From contig CBDBIB010000005.1 of the NCBI GenBank assembly GCA_965205945.1, forward strand, positions 1 through 41,378: 41,378 nucleotides of DNA. Reading direction: 5' to 3'. The notes beneath the pieces were generated by a model. That model was given only the letters and a program-made list of their open reading frames with translations, did no database searches and was not told the origin of the DNA. Within the stretch, counting starts at the first letter, position 1; each line of letters starts with the position of its first letter. This document shows positions 9,942 through 20,217 of the stretch, in pieces. The position numbers and the translations under genes are program-made. The stretch comes from Bdellovibrionales bacterium (lineage in GTDB: Bacteria; Bdellovibrionota; Bdellovibrionia; Bdellovibrionales; UBA1609).

Positions 9942-12497
9942 CTAATTAGTACTCGGGTGATAAACACAACGAAACCCTACATTAATACCTTCAACTAAGG
10001 GGTTAGCAAACGATACATAAAATACCCCACAATGAAGGTCAGCATGGCTTGTACTGCAACCACGAAGTATTCCCTCAAAAGAAGAAGATCTTGTGAAAAA
10101 CCCCTGCCCTAAACCACTAAACCTATTAAGGTGTCCATAATCTTTATCAGGGCCAAACTGATCTTTAGCCACCCTTGGTGTTGTGGTCGTTCCTCCACTA
10201 AGGCTTAGTTCATTAGGATTTGACTCCCTTGTTAATTTATATATGCTAACTGTGGTATTGCCATAAGAACCTTCTTTATCATCTTTTACCCATTCAGAAA
10301 CATTACCAGAAATATCCCAAACCACTTCTCCATTAGACAATGCATGTATTCTTTTATTTAAATCCCAAAAGCTATCACAATCTACCACTGCACCATGGCA
10401 ACCCTCATTATCATTCTCACTAGCCTCGACAGGGTCATTCGCCAACGCCTGGCTAAAACCCAAGCTTAAAGCAGCTATTCCCGAAAGCACACTCCAATTA
10501 GAATCCACAGATTCAATATTTCTTGCTATGGTTTGCCACTCATCGTTAGTCATAAGGTCATAGCCTTCGCCTATGCCCTGACATTTAGTAATAGCATCAC
10601 CACGAGTAATCCCCCCAACAGGCAGCCCACTGGCTTTAGACACAGCATTATCAGAATCATCATACTTTGCTTCATATTTCATTACACAAAAATCACTACT
10701 GGTATACCCAGCTAGTGCTGGAACAGGTACATAATTTTCTGGACAAGAAGTGTTTGTATCTCTAACTATTAAACTACTGCTTACAGCTAATGTATTGCCA
10801 TTACCAGCATTATCTACTACATCACCTATGCCTACTGTTAAGGTCAGTCTTCCTACACTTGCTCCTGTTACAGTTACATCACAAAATTCAAAGCATTCAC
10901 TCGAGCTCACCACTCCTGAACTTGGTGTAGGGGTAAAAGACTCAATTCGGTTTGTATCAGCAACTCTTATTCTAAATAAAGCTTCTCCACCAACTACACT
11001 ATTTGTACCTGCTAAAATCGTTATTCTTGGTGCTAAATTATCTATTGGTAAGTTAAATTCAGTGTCATTTGTTGTTGGGTTTTCATTTTCATCTATAGAA
11101 CTTACTGTAACAGTATTAGTGCCTACAATTTCTACTCCTTCTATAAAAGTTAATCCTACATTTTCAGGCCCCACAGTCGTACATGTGTGATGCTGTGGAT
11201 TTGGACTTAACCCTTTATTTCTAAAGGTCACTACTTCGTTAATCTCATTACATGGCACTGAAATCATAAAATTTAAACCATTAGTTAAATCTTGATCCTC
11301 TACCTCTGGCGCTCTTGCTATTGGACTTTGATCATTCACAGGCCCTGGACTTGCATCAATAGTGTTTCCACTTTGAATTATACTCACTGGCAATGGGTTT
11401 AAACTCACACCACTTACATCAAGTACACCACTAAATTCTCCTGGAGCATTACATGAAACACTTTTACTTACTGATGGGTTTACTCTAATTGTAACGTTTC
11501 CTGAGCCCTCTGCACAAGCCCCACTTACAGTGTAGGAACCTGCGTTCTCACTGTTGACCCTTTGAAGAGAGGCAAACCTTAAAGTTCCTGCCTCCTCTAC
11601 CATAAGACTGCTAGACTTTAGAACACTGTCTCCTCTGTTGCCAATTGCATCCTCTATAGAGTTGGCCTCTACAGTTAAGGTGAGCACACCTGATGAGGAA
11701 ATCTCTTCTGTTATTATCTCACATGGATTCTCAGAACAAGGATAAGGAGTTGAATCAACACCACTTGCGCTTACACTGTAGTTAAATTCTGAAATATTAA
11801 TGTCAGTAACTGTAATTGTAAAACTTGCTCTTTGCCCTTGAATTATGGTCCCTTCATTTAAAATCTCAACTCTTGGACCTTTATTATCAATTAAAAAACT
11901 TATAGTTTCTTCTCCACTTGATGGGTTCTTATACTTATCAGTTGATAAAATTCTTAAATTATTTGGATTAGTGGTTTCAACAAAACTTTCTAGACTTAAT
12001 CTAAAGTCTTCTTCTCCACTACTAGTGCAAGTATGTGTTTGTGTACTGGGATTAAGACCAGATCCACTAATGCTTACAATTTCTTGAGCTTCGTTACACA
12101 AAATAGGCAAATTATAAAAACTGCCTCTAACATAGGTACTTGGAGGAGTTGCTCTTGGAGCGCTTATTGGGCCTATTTGATCATTTATTGGTGGAGTAGA
12201 TGGTTTAGCAGTTTTTCCATCTTGTTCTACTAAAACCGTCATAGGGTTTGAGACTATGAGACTCACATCTAGAGTGGTTAAATATTTACCACCCGTACAA
12301 GCCACTGATTTAACAATATTAGGTGCTCCAATTGTAATTTTAACGTTTCCAGAGGAACCAGCACAGTTTCCACTTACTTTATAAGAGGAGGCATTGCTTT
12401 GTGAAGCAAAGGAAAGATCATTGACGCTTAAACTGCTTTTATCACCGCCACAACTAGTAAAAACCATCAACACACATAAAATAAACAAAGTTTTCAT
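9942..12497 (-). CDS. Surface lipoprotein with six Ig-like domains and a C-terminal FGE-sulfatase (C-type-lectin-fold)-like domain
   Basis: Lipobox FTSC and RBS AAGGAG. Two divergent three-domain units, then CPENYVPVP...FCVMKYEAK...LMTNDEWQ...DISGNVSEWV...LRG...VGFRC. Confidence 0.9.
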   Translation of the reverse strand: MKTLFILCVLMVFTSCGGDKSSLSVNDLSFASQSNASSYKVSGNCAGSSGNVKITIGAPNIVKSVACTGGKYLTTLDVSLIVSNPMTVLVEQDGKTAKPSTPPINDQIGPISAPRATPPSTYVRGSFYNLPILCNEAQEIVSISGSGLNPSTQTHTCTSSGEEDFRLSLESFVETTNPNNLRILSTDKYKNPSSGEETISFLIDNKGPRVEILNEGTIIQGQRASFTITVTDINISEFNYSVSASGVDSTPYPCSENPCEIITEEISSSGVLTLTVEANSIEDAIGNRGDSVLKSSSLMVEEAGTLRFASLQRVNSENAGSYTVSGACAEGSGNVTIRVNPSVSKSVSCNAPGEFSGVLDVSGVSLNPLPVSIIQSGNTIDASPGPVNDQSPIARAPEVEDQDLTNGLNFMISVPCNEINEVVTFRNKGLSPNPQHHTCTTVGPENVGLTFIEGVEIVGTNTVTVSSIDENENPTTNDTEFNLPIDNLAPRITILAGTNSVVGGEALFRIRVADTNRIESFTPTPSSGVVSSSECFEFCDVTVTGASVGRLTLTVGIGDVVDNAGNGNTLAVSSSLIVRDTNTSCPENYVPVPALAGYTSSDFCVMKYEAKYDDSDNAVSKASGLPVGGITRGDAITKCQGIGEGYDLMTNDEWQTIARNIESVDSNWSVLSGIAALSLGFSQALANDPVEASENDNEGCHGAVVDCDSFWDLNKRIHALSNGEVVWDISGNVSEWVKDDKEGSYGNTTVSIYKLTRESNPNELSLSGGTTTTPRVAKDQFGPDKDYGHLNRFSGLGQGFFTRSSSFEGILRGCSTSHADLHCGVFYVSFANPLVEGINVGFRCVYHPSTN

Positions 12498-12810
12498 TAT
12501 TTTACTCCTTAATAAGTAATTCTATTACATCGTTAGTTTTTTTTATATGCTGTAGTCTAAATTTGAACTTTTTTCCATTTTTCTTAACTTCCTTTTTTTA
12601 GACTTAGTTCTTATTTAGAAAAGTGTTCAGCCTTCTTGATGGAGGCTCATAAGTTTAGTCTTCGGGCTTGTACAATATTATATAGAGTGTCGTGTTTATC
12701 TTACAAAAGACTAGAATCATTTTTTATTTATATAAAACTTTAGTATTGAAAAAGTTTAAATCCTAGCTACTCAGTCTTCATTTTTTTATATTTCTTAAGA
12801 CTTAATCTAA

Positions 12811-12860
12811 AAGCTTTTTAAGCTATTGGTTTAGGTTGAGGACTCATGTGCAACAACGCC
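12811..12860 (+). mobile_element. IS5-family (IS903-group-like) terminal remnant
   Basis: Read on minus it starts GGCGTTGTTGCACA, like IS903-group GGCTTTGTTG ends. 41/50 identical to the reverse complement of 39333-39382. Confidence 0.6.
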
Positions 12861-12868
12861 TTTTTAAT

Positions 12869-13087
12869 TCATTTGTTTTTATTGCAACAGGTTTTGCTCT
12901 TAGTGTTTTTCTTTTTAGTTTTATAAAGTTCAGGGTAGAATTTTTTCTTATATCCATGGAGCGTTGAATCTTTAATGTTGTTTTCAAAACAGTATTTGAC
13001 GATGCTAGCTTTAGCATTTAGAGCGTTATCAACATGATTTTTCCAAAACTCAAAGCATTGTTTTTTATCTAAAATTGTTTTATTCAT
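12869..13087 (-). pseudogene. IS66 accessory protein TnpA-like HTH, truncated
   Basis: FWKNHV...SIVKYCFENNIKDSTLHGYKKK pattern, RBS GGAGG, first ORF inside a GTAAG end; tnpB and tnpC are absent. Confidence 0.7.
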
Positions 13088-13157
13088 CGTTTAAACCTCC
13101 CATTCTTCAAAGCTTTTAACAAAATTAAATTCTAACTTCTATGAGGTGAGTTTTAGA

Positions 13158-14068
13158 CTGACTTTTACCCACAAATAGGTCTAGGTTTTATAATTTTAAA
13201 ATCAAAATAATATTAAACTCCAAATTGATTTTAAGAATTGGAGTTTTTGTGAATATTAAAAATGAATTTAAAAATGCTCAACTTGGTGATAAACGACTTA
13301 ACCACAGACTTGAATACCTTGCTAAGGCTTTGAGTAAAAATAATGGTGAGTCTATCTCTTTTTCATGCCAAGATTGGAAACCTTCTAAGGCGGCTTATAG
13401 ATTCTTTGATAATGATAACTTTCAGGCTAAAGAAATTCTCAAACCTCACATAAAACAAACGCTCAACAGAATGAATGCTCTAGATGAAAATGATATGTCT
13501 TTAATTTTACATGACTTAAGTGAAATAACTTTCTTAAAAAATAAAGTCTTTCAAGGCAACGCAGGATACTTAGGGTCCTACATAGATCATCAAAATGGTA
13601 AAGAGTACGATACACCAGGTTTAATGATACATTCATCTCTTGCTCTATCAGTATAAACTTCGTTGGAATATAGAAATGTATTTTAAGACGTTAAAATCAG
13701 GTTTTAGTGTAGAGAAAAGTCGTTTAAGGAGTTTAGAGAGGATCAAAAAGTATGTAGCGTTTACGAGTGTTTTAGCTTGGCGAATATTTTGGATTTCAAA
13801 GATTTCTAGAGTTGATTGCGAAGTAAATGCAGATCACTGTTTTACAAAAGAGGAACAAGTTTTGTTATCAAAATTAGAAGAGCAGTCAGGCAGGTTATTA
13901 GGAGCAAATGATAGCTTGGCAAAATTTGTAAAATCGTTTGCAAGACTAGGAGGTTATTTAGCAAGGAACTCTGACCCACCTCCAGGCCAACAAGTTCTGT
14001 GGAGGGCGATGATAAAATTTAATGATATTAAAACAGATAATAACTTATGATTTGTGGGTAAAAGTCAG
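13158..14068 (+). mobile_element. Internally deleted IS4-family (IS50/Tn5-like) element, 911 bp
   Basis: Perfect 19-bp IRs CTGACTTTTACCCACAAAT (13158-13176 and 14050-14068), similar to the IS50 outside end CTGACTCTTATACACAAGT. 9-bp duplication AGTTTTAGA/TGTTTTAGA. The transposase N-terminus (LGDKRLNHRL, KAAYRFFDN) is joined out of frame to the C-terminus (YKLRWNIEMYFKTLKSG, ARLGGYLARNSDPPPGQQVLWR). Confidence 0.95.
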
Positions 14069-14281
14069 TGTTTTAGACCACTTACATTTAAACTCTAAGA
14101 GAGTCTTTAAAAAATAGCATCAAAGTCAGGAGGATATCTATTGGCCCCTCTCATCTTTAAGTATTAAGGTTTTCTTGTAGTCACATTTTCCAGTACCTTT
14201 TAGTAAGTACTTATAGTATTATAACATAGGAAAAAAAATAAAATATATAAACGGTTTTTAAAACAAGAATTAAAGTACAGC

Positions 14282-14608
14282 TTAAAAAAGTATAACTCCA
14301 GTAATCATATCTTCATTCAAAGGCTTTTGAGTCTTTTCATTTAAATTTATCATTAAAACATTTTCAGCATTTTTACTTACTTTTGAAAGCCTTAAAGGGC
14401 TATTTAAATTTGGATAAGAAAAAATCACACGATCCCCCTCTTTAGCTTCTTTTAACAGAACAAGAACATATGATGATTTACCAGTATCAATAATTTCAAT
14501 CACTCGAAAAAATGAAAGCCAAACCCAAAGACCTAATAAAAGTCCTATAAAAGCCATATAAAACTCTCTTTTAAAAAAGATTTTTTGTTTTCTAGAAAGC
14601 AAGACCAT
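14282..14608 (-). CDS. Hypothetical membrane protein
   Basis: 108-aa ORF with one hydrophobic segment, overlapping the end of the second lepB; no recognised motif. Confidence 0.55.
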   Translation of the reverse strand: MVLLSRKQKIFFKREFYMAFIGLLLGLWVWLSFFRVIEIIDTGKSSYVLVLLKEAKEGDRVIFSYPNLNSPLRLSKVSKNAENVLMINLNEKTQKPLNEDMITGVILF

Positions 14609-15374
14609 TACCCAATCTGTTTATTCTAAGACTTAAAATATTACAACCTGCATTCAGAACTATTTTTTTTTGACAACTTAAAGCTATAAATCTAGCTCTG
14701 CCAACAAGCCTCTCTTTAGCAACATACCCAAATCTTCTTCCATCATAAGAGTTTTTTCGATTATCTCCCATAACAAACATCTGCCCATAAGGAACTTTAA
14801 AAGTTTCTATATTTTTTAAAAAATCTGCTTCTGACAGCACGGCTGGAGACTTAGCATTAAGGTAAGTTAAAATAATATGTGAGTCTTGCTCCTTAATTCC
14901 TGGAAAAATTTCTCGAAAAGCTGTAAATTCCCCTTCCTCTCTTCCCATAGATTTAGCCAGTTCCAATTTCTCATCTCCAATAATTTTTTTATGACTTACC
15001 CTTTCATTATTTATAGAAACAATAAAATCTTTAATAACCTCAAGTTTGTCTCCTGAAAGTCCAACAAGCCTTTTAACTAAATACTTAGAATCATCAGGGT
15101 CTTTAAAAACTATTATAGCCCTCCTATGTGAAGGTTTAGGACCATACACCCAAGACTGCGTAAAGGGAACTCTGAAACCAAAATCAATTTTTGAGACAAT
15201 AATATAATCATTTACAAAAAGCTTAGGATACATGCTTCCTGAAGGAATCAAAAAAACTTCAAAGACAACCCACCTTATTAAAAGAATCATTAAAATAAGA
15301 TTTATAAAACTTAATGATCCTTTTAAAAGACCTGGTCTTTTCTTCTTTTTTCCTAATAACTCACTCTTTAACAT
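14592..15374 (-). CDS. lepB: Signal peptidase I (second copy)
   Basis: IPSGSMYPKL, LVKRLVGL, MGDNRKNSYDGR. Confidence 0.92.
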   Translation of the reverse strand: MLKSELLGKKKKRPGLLKGSLSFINLILMILLIRWVVFEVFLIPSGSMYPKLFVNDYIIVSKIDFGFRVPFTQSWVYGPKPSHRRAIIVFKDPDDSKYLVKRLVGLSGDKLEVIKDFIVSINNERVSHKKIIGDEKLELAKSMGREEGEFTAFREIFPGIKEQDSHIILTYLNAKSPAVLSEADFLKNIETFKVPYGQMFVMGDNRKNSYDGRRFGYVAKERLVGRARFIALSCQKKIVLNAGCNILSLRINRLGNGLAF

Positions 15375-15384
15375 CTAATCTTAC

Positions 15385-16143
15385 CTAGTGTACTGAATGA
15401 AAAAACCTACTCCACCTAAATTCAATAGGATTACAAATTGGAATCACTGGCAGTACTTCATCACAAGACATCCACACAAACATAGCTTTTCCTAAAAGAT
15501 ACTCATAAGGAACAAATCTTTTTTCAGGATCCCATTTCCTTGAGTCATGAGAAAATTGTCTATTATCACCCATCATAAAATAATGCCCTTGAGGAACTAA
15601 GTAAGGCCCTGATTCCGGCTCAATCTGATCTTTAGGCAAAAGAATACTATAGTGATGCTCCCCTAATTTTTCTTCCCAATGAACTCTTGTTTCCAAACCC
15701 ATTAAATTAAAACCAGGAAAATCTTTAGGCCTTAACCAATCAAAATCTTTTTTGTTTTCAGCTAAAGGCACTGATTTTTCAATCAATTCATCATTAATGT
15801 AAAGATTTCCACTCTCATAATAAACCTTATCACCTGGAAGCCCCACAACTCTTTTAATAAAAAAAATTTTTATATTATCTGGATTTTTAAATACTACAAT
15901 GTCACCACGTTTTGGACCTTTTGTCCTATAAATAAATTTTTCACTAAATGGATATCTTAACCCAAAAGAAAGCTTGTTTACAAAAATATGATCATGAACT
16001 AATAACGTGGGAAGCATACTTCCAGAAGGAATCACATAAGCCTCAAATAAGGCCCAGCGAATTGTTAATGCCACTAAACCTGCAAGAAGCAAGGACCCAA
16101 AGCCATCTGTCCAAAAATGTTTTGAAGTAATATCCGTGTCCAT
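15385..16143 (-). CDS. lepB: Signal peptidase I
   Basis: IPSGSMLPTL, FIKRVVGLPGD, MGDNRQFSHDSR; follows lepA. Confidence 0.95.
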   Translation of the reverse strand: MDTDITSKHFWTDGFGSLLLAGLVALTIRWALFEAYVIPSGSMLPTLLVHDHIFVNKLSFGLRYPFSEKFIYRTKGPKRGDIVVFKNPDNIKIFFIKRVVGLPGDKVYYESGNLYINDELIEKSVPLAENKKDFDWLRPKDFPGFNLMGLETRVHWEEKLGEHHYSILLPKDQIEPESGPYLVPQGHYFMMGDNRQFSHDSRKWDPEKRFVPYEYLLGKAMFVWMSCDEVLPVIPICNPIEFRWSRFFHSVH

Positions 16144-16263
16144 ATGTATCCCCTAGTGCAAAAAAGCAGCTTCTAAAAACTTAATTGTATGACTTGATTT
16201 GATTAAGGTCTATACTATTTTAAATATTTTACTCAATCAAAAAGATTGCCCAAATTCCAGGCT

Positions 16264-18063
16264 TCATCCTTCAGTCTCTAGCACTGCTAAAAAGGCCTTT
16301 TGTGGTATATCAATCTTACCAATTTGCTTCATTCTTTTTTTACCAACTTTCTGCTTTTCTAATAATTTACGCTTTCTTGTAATATCCCCACCATAACACT
16401 TTGCTGTTACATCTTTTCTTAATGCACCTAAAGTTTCTCTTGCAATGATATTAGCGCCAATAGACGCTTGAATTGCAACCTCATATTGCTGACGAGGAAT
16501 AAGCTCTTTAAGTTTTTTAGTTAAGATCCGACCTCTTGCTTGAGATTTTGTTCTATGAACTATTATAGCTAAAGCATCAACAGGCTCCCCATTAATCATA
16601 ACATCCATTTTAACTAAATCTGACTCTGCATACTTAATCAATTCATAATCCATTGAAGCATAACCTTTTGAAACAGATTTAAGTTTATCATAAAAATCAA
16701 ATACCATCTCACTTAAAGGAAGCCTGTATATAATCACTACCTTTTTTGCAGCAATATACTCTATTTTTTCTTGAACCCCTCTACGCTCTTCACAAAGTTT
16801 TAAAAGAACTCCAACATAGCTTGATGGCGTATGAAGAGAAAGCATTACATATGGTTCTTCAATTCGCTCAATAGTTGAATCCATAATAAATTGTGACGGG
16901 TTTTCAATAATCTGCATTTCACCATTAGTCTTATAAATATGATGAACAACTGTCGGTGCCGTAGTGATTAAATCTAAATTAAATTCTCTTTCTAAACGCT
17001 CTTGAACAATCTCCATATGAAGAAGTCCTAAAAACCCACATCTAAAACCAAACCCTAAGGCTGCTGAACTCTCTACCTCAAAACTCAAAGATGAATCATT
17101 TAAACAAAGTTTTTCTAAAGCATCTTGAAGCAGCTTATAATCTGTTGACTCAACAGGAAAGACTCCTGAAAAAACCATAGGCTTTACTTTTTTAAATCCT
17201 GGAAGAGCTTTTGTTCCACCAAGCTTACTTGTTGTGATTGTATCACCTACTTGGACTTCTTTTAAATTTTTAATTCCACAAATTACAAAACCAACTTCAC
17301 CTGATCTAAGCTCTAGTAAATTTGTTGGATGAGGGTTAAAGCTTCCAAGTTTTAACACTTCGTAATCCCCATTAGTTGCCATAAATTTTATACGACTTCC
17401 TTTTTTAATCACTCCGTCAACTAAACGAACTAAAATAATTATGCCTTGATAAGGATCAAACCATGCATCAAAAACCAGCGCCCTTAAGGGCTTGTCTTTA
17501 TTATCTGCTGGAGGAGGAATGTCTTTTACAACTCTTTCTAAAATATCTTTAATACCAATTTTATTTTTTGCACTTGCAAAGATAGTATCACTAACATCAA
17601 TACCAATAACCTCTTTAACCTGTTGCTTCACACCCTCTAAATCAGCCGCAGGAAGATCAATTTTATTTAAAACTAGAATAATCTCTAAATTAGCATCTAG
17701 AGCTAAATAAACATTTGCTAATGTTTGTGCCTCAACTCCTTGAGCCGCATCAACTACCAAAAGAACTCCTTCACAAGCCTCTAATGACCTAGACACCTCA
17801 TATGCAAAATCCACATGCCCAGGGGTATCAATAAGATTAAGCTGATAAGTTTCACCATCTTCAGCTTTGTAATTTAATCTTACAGTCTGAGCTTTAATAG
17901 TGATTCCACGTTCTCTTTCAATATCCATACTATCTAAATATTGATTTTTTTGCTCTCTATCTTTAATAGCACCCGTAAACTGCATAAGCCCGTCTGCCAA
18001 AGTACTTTTACCATGGTCAATGTGAGCAATAATAGAAAAATTTCGAATATTCTTAGAATGCAA
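16264..18063 (-). CDS. lepA: Elongation factor 4
   Basis: [48 protein letters not shown] start abutting the metK stop. Confidence 0.98.
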   Translation of the reverse strand: MHSKNIRNFSIIAHIDHGKSTLADGLMQFTGAIKDREQKNQYLDSMDIERERGITIKAQTVRLNYKAEDGETYQLNLIDTPGHVDFAYEVSRSLEACEGVLLVVDAAQGVEAQTLANVYLALDANLEIILVLNKIDLPAADLEGVKQQVKEVIGIDVSDTIFASAKNKIGIKDILERVVKDIPPPADNKDKPLRALVFDAWFDPYQGIIILVRLVDGVIKKGSRIKFMATNGDYEVLKLGSFNPHPTNLLELRSGEVGFVICGIKNLKEVQVGDTITTSKLGGTKALPGFKKVKPMVFSGVFPVESTDYKLLQDALEKLCLNDSSLSFEVESSAALGFGFRCGFLGLLHMEIVQERLEREFNLDLITTAPTVVHHIYKTNGEMQIIENPSQFIMDSTIERIEEPYVMLSLHTPSSYVGVLLKLCEERRGVQEKIEYIAAKKVVIIYRLPLSEMVFDFYDKLKSVSKGYASMDYELIKYAESDLVKMDVMINGEPVDALAIIVHRTKSQARGRILTKKLKELIPRQQYEVAIQASIGANIIARETLGALRKDVTAKCYGGDITRKRKLLEKQKVGKKRMKQIGKIDIPQKAFLAVLETEG

Positions 18064-19224
18064 TTATAAACCTAGAAAATCCTTAAGAGTATCTACTCTA
18101 TCCAAAGACTCCCATGTAAAATCTATATCTGTTCTACCAAAGTGACCATATACTGCTGTTTTTTGAAAACATGGTTCTCTTAGTTTAAACTGTGAAATAA
18201 TTTTTCCAGGACGTAAATCCCAAAATTTTCTTACCACATCTTCCAACTTATTCACTGAAATTTTTGAAGTTCCATAGTCTTGAACGGAAACACTTGTAGG
18301 TTCAGCAATACCAATTGCATAAGAAAGCTGAACCAAGCATTTTTCTAACACCCCTATTGATACTAAATTTTTAGCAATATTTCTAGCTGCATAAGCTGCT
18401 GATCTATCAACTTTTGTAGCATCTTTACCAGAAAAAGCTCCGCCACCATGGGCACCGTAACCACCATAAGTGTCTACAATAATTTTACGCCCCGTCAATC
18501 CACAGTCTCCTTGAGGGCCACCGATTACAAATCGCCCTGTTGGATTAATATAAAATTTTGTATTATTTGTAATTAAATTAGCAGGTAAGACTTCTTTAAT
18601 AAGCTCTTCTCTAATAAACTCTTGAACTTGTTTTTGAGTTACATCTGGAGAATGTTGAGTTGATAAAACAACGGTATCAATCTCTTTTACTCGATTGTCC
18701 TCATAATAAACTGTGATCTGTGATTTACTGTCTGGCCATATAAAATCAGCTTTTCCTGATTTACGTTTTTGTGCTAAAACCCTTAACAACTCATGAGATA
18801 AAGAAAGTGTATAGGGCATAAAATTTTTAGATTCATTTATAGCAAAACCAAACATTATCCCCTGATCACCAGCGCCTATCTTATCTTCAGAATCAGCATT
18901 AACACCCATTGCAATATCAGAAGATTGCTTATGAATTGTATTCATTACAGCGCAAGTTTGATAATCAAAACCTTTTTCACTTGAATCATAACCAATATTT
19001 TTAACTGTGTTTTTAACAATTTCTGGAATATCAACATAGCCTTTAGTTGAAATCTCACCTGCAACCATAACAACACCTGTTGTAATCATTGTTTCACATG
19101 CCACACGACTTAATGGGTCTTGGGCAAGTAATGCATCTAAAATACCATCAGAAATTTGATCTGCCATTTTATCAGGATGCCCCTCAGAAACAGATTCACT
19201 TGTAAAAAAACCTTTTGAAACCAC
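18064..19224 (-). CDS. metK: S-adenosylmethionine synthetase
   Basis: [28 protein letters not shown]. Start placed at GTG 19224 (the track gives 19266). Confidence 0.97.
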   Translation of the reverse strand: MVSKGFFTSESVSEGHPDKMADQISDGILDALLAQDPLSRVACETMITTGVVMVAGEISTKGYVDIPEIVKNTVKNIGYDSSEKGFDYQTCAVMNTIHKQSSDIAMGVNADSEDKIGAGDQGIMFGFAINESKNFMPYTLSLSHELLRVLAQKRKSGKADFIWPDSKSQITVYYEDNRVKEIDTVVLSTQHSPDVTQKQVQEFIREELIKEVLPANLITNNTKFYINPTGRFVIGGPQGDCGLTGRKIIVDTYGGYGAHGGGAFSGKDATKVDRSAAYAARNIAKNLVSIGVLEKCLVQLSYAIGIAEPTSVSVQDYGTSKISVNKLEDVVRKFWDLRPGKIISQFKLREPCFQKTAVYGHFGRTDIDFTWESLDRVDTLKDFLGL

Positions 19225-19347
19225 AGACCTTTCCCCCCTTCTTACGTAAAGACGGAAATTTAGCATATGAGGGCCCTATAGAGAAAGGAAAAAACAAACT
19301 CTTTAATAAAATATATATCGCTTTTCACCCAAATTTTTAAGAATAAC

Positions 19348-19722
19348 TTATGCTATTTTTTTGGTTTTTCCTAGAAAACCAGCATTTTCCATCATTTCAT
19401 GCTTACGACTCCTCTTAGCTTTTCGCCTCTCTCTTCGAAATCCATGAGTTGACAGCTTTAATTTATTAATCTGAGAAACTATTTTATCAGCAGCTCTATC
19501 AAATGACTCGATTAAATCATTTGTTGATGCTAAGGCTCTAATCTCTGTCTTACCAAGCACACAAATCTCTACTGAATAAAAAATACCTTCTTTTGATGTA
19601 CACACATCAACTTTTAAAATATTAAAAGGCAGCCTTTTAATTTTTTCAAGCTTTGCCTTAATATAAGTGTGAAAATACTCAGATTTTTCCGTCCCCCTCT
19701 TGTTGTGATATCTTACCAGCAT
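19348..19722 (-). CDS. HPF/RaiA-family ribosome hibernation factor (divergent)
   Basis: Pattern YIKAKLEKI...VDV...VEI...A-S-DL-ESFDRAADKI--QI-K; GGAGGAG RBS before ATG 19722. Confidence 0.72.
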   Translation of the reverse strand: MLVRYHNKRGTEKSEYFHTYIKAKLEKIKRLPFNILKVDVCTSKEGIFYSVEICVLGKTEIRALASTNDLIESFDRAADKIVSQINKLKLSTHGFRRERRKAKRSRKHEMMENAGFLGKTKKIA

Positions 19723-19758
19723 ATTCTCCTCCTTTACAGACATACATCTATTAATTCC

Positions 19759-19785
19759 CTATCGGAAGATTTAAAAGATTACTAA
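19759..19785 (-). promoter_or_regulatory. Possible sigma28 (FliA)-type promoter
   Basis: TTAG-N15-TCCGATAG on minus, compared with consensus TAAA-N15-GCCGATAA. Confidence 0.3.
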
Positions 19786-20217
19786 GAGGGCTTTATTAAA
19801 CCAAAAAATTAATAAGTGCATTCGTATTAATTTTAAATTAATAACATCAAAATGAATCAATATAAGACAAAAACCTTATACCACAATTATAATTTTTAAA
19901 CTAACAGCCCCATTATTATAACATCAAAAGGCTTTATAGTATTTTATAAGTAAAGTGCTTAAGTTAAAATCTCTATATGCGACATTTTGAGTAAACAAAG
20001 CCTCTTTGTATAAACACAAACATAAAGCATATCAACTAAAGATTTTAACATGAATATAAGAAGCATTGTTTAGCTAATCTAGAAAGCCTGTAAATTAAAT
20101 TTTATAACTACAATTTTGAGATTTTTAAAATCCAAAATTAGAATTTTAAAAAACACTTAGAAAGCAAATAATAAAACTCCTTACTGCTTTATTTATAAAT
20201 TAATATGAACATATCTT

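Larger units (their letters stand above)
8706..14085 (-). mobile_element. IS66-bounded non-autonomous element carrying a lipoprotein gene and nested IS remnants
   Basis: End at 8706 is GTAAGCGATCTAAAACTCACC. The opposite end, read on minus from 14085 and rejoined across the IS4 insertion, is GTAAGTGGTCTAAAACTCACC (19/21 identical). Perfect 8-bp direct repeat ATTTAAAC at 8698-8705 and 14086-14093. A TnpA-like ORF lies just inside the 14085 end. Confidence 0.85.

Noticed and set aside
9942..10090. Complete diversity-generating retroelement
   Set aside because: No template repeat, RT, avd or convincing downstream GC-rich hairpin found by eye in this window.
12629..12668. Two small hairpins (one with a UUCG loop) upstream of the lipoprotein gene as a riboswitch
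   Set aside because: They fold best on the strand opposite the gene and match no riboswitch consensus I recognise.
14592..16143. Tandem lepB duplication as a novelty
   Set aside because: Both copies are intact and divergent, and paired signal peptidases after lepA are known in other bacteria.
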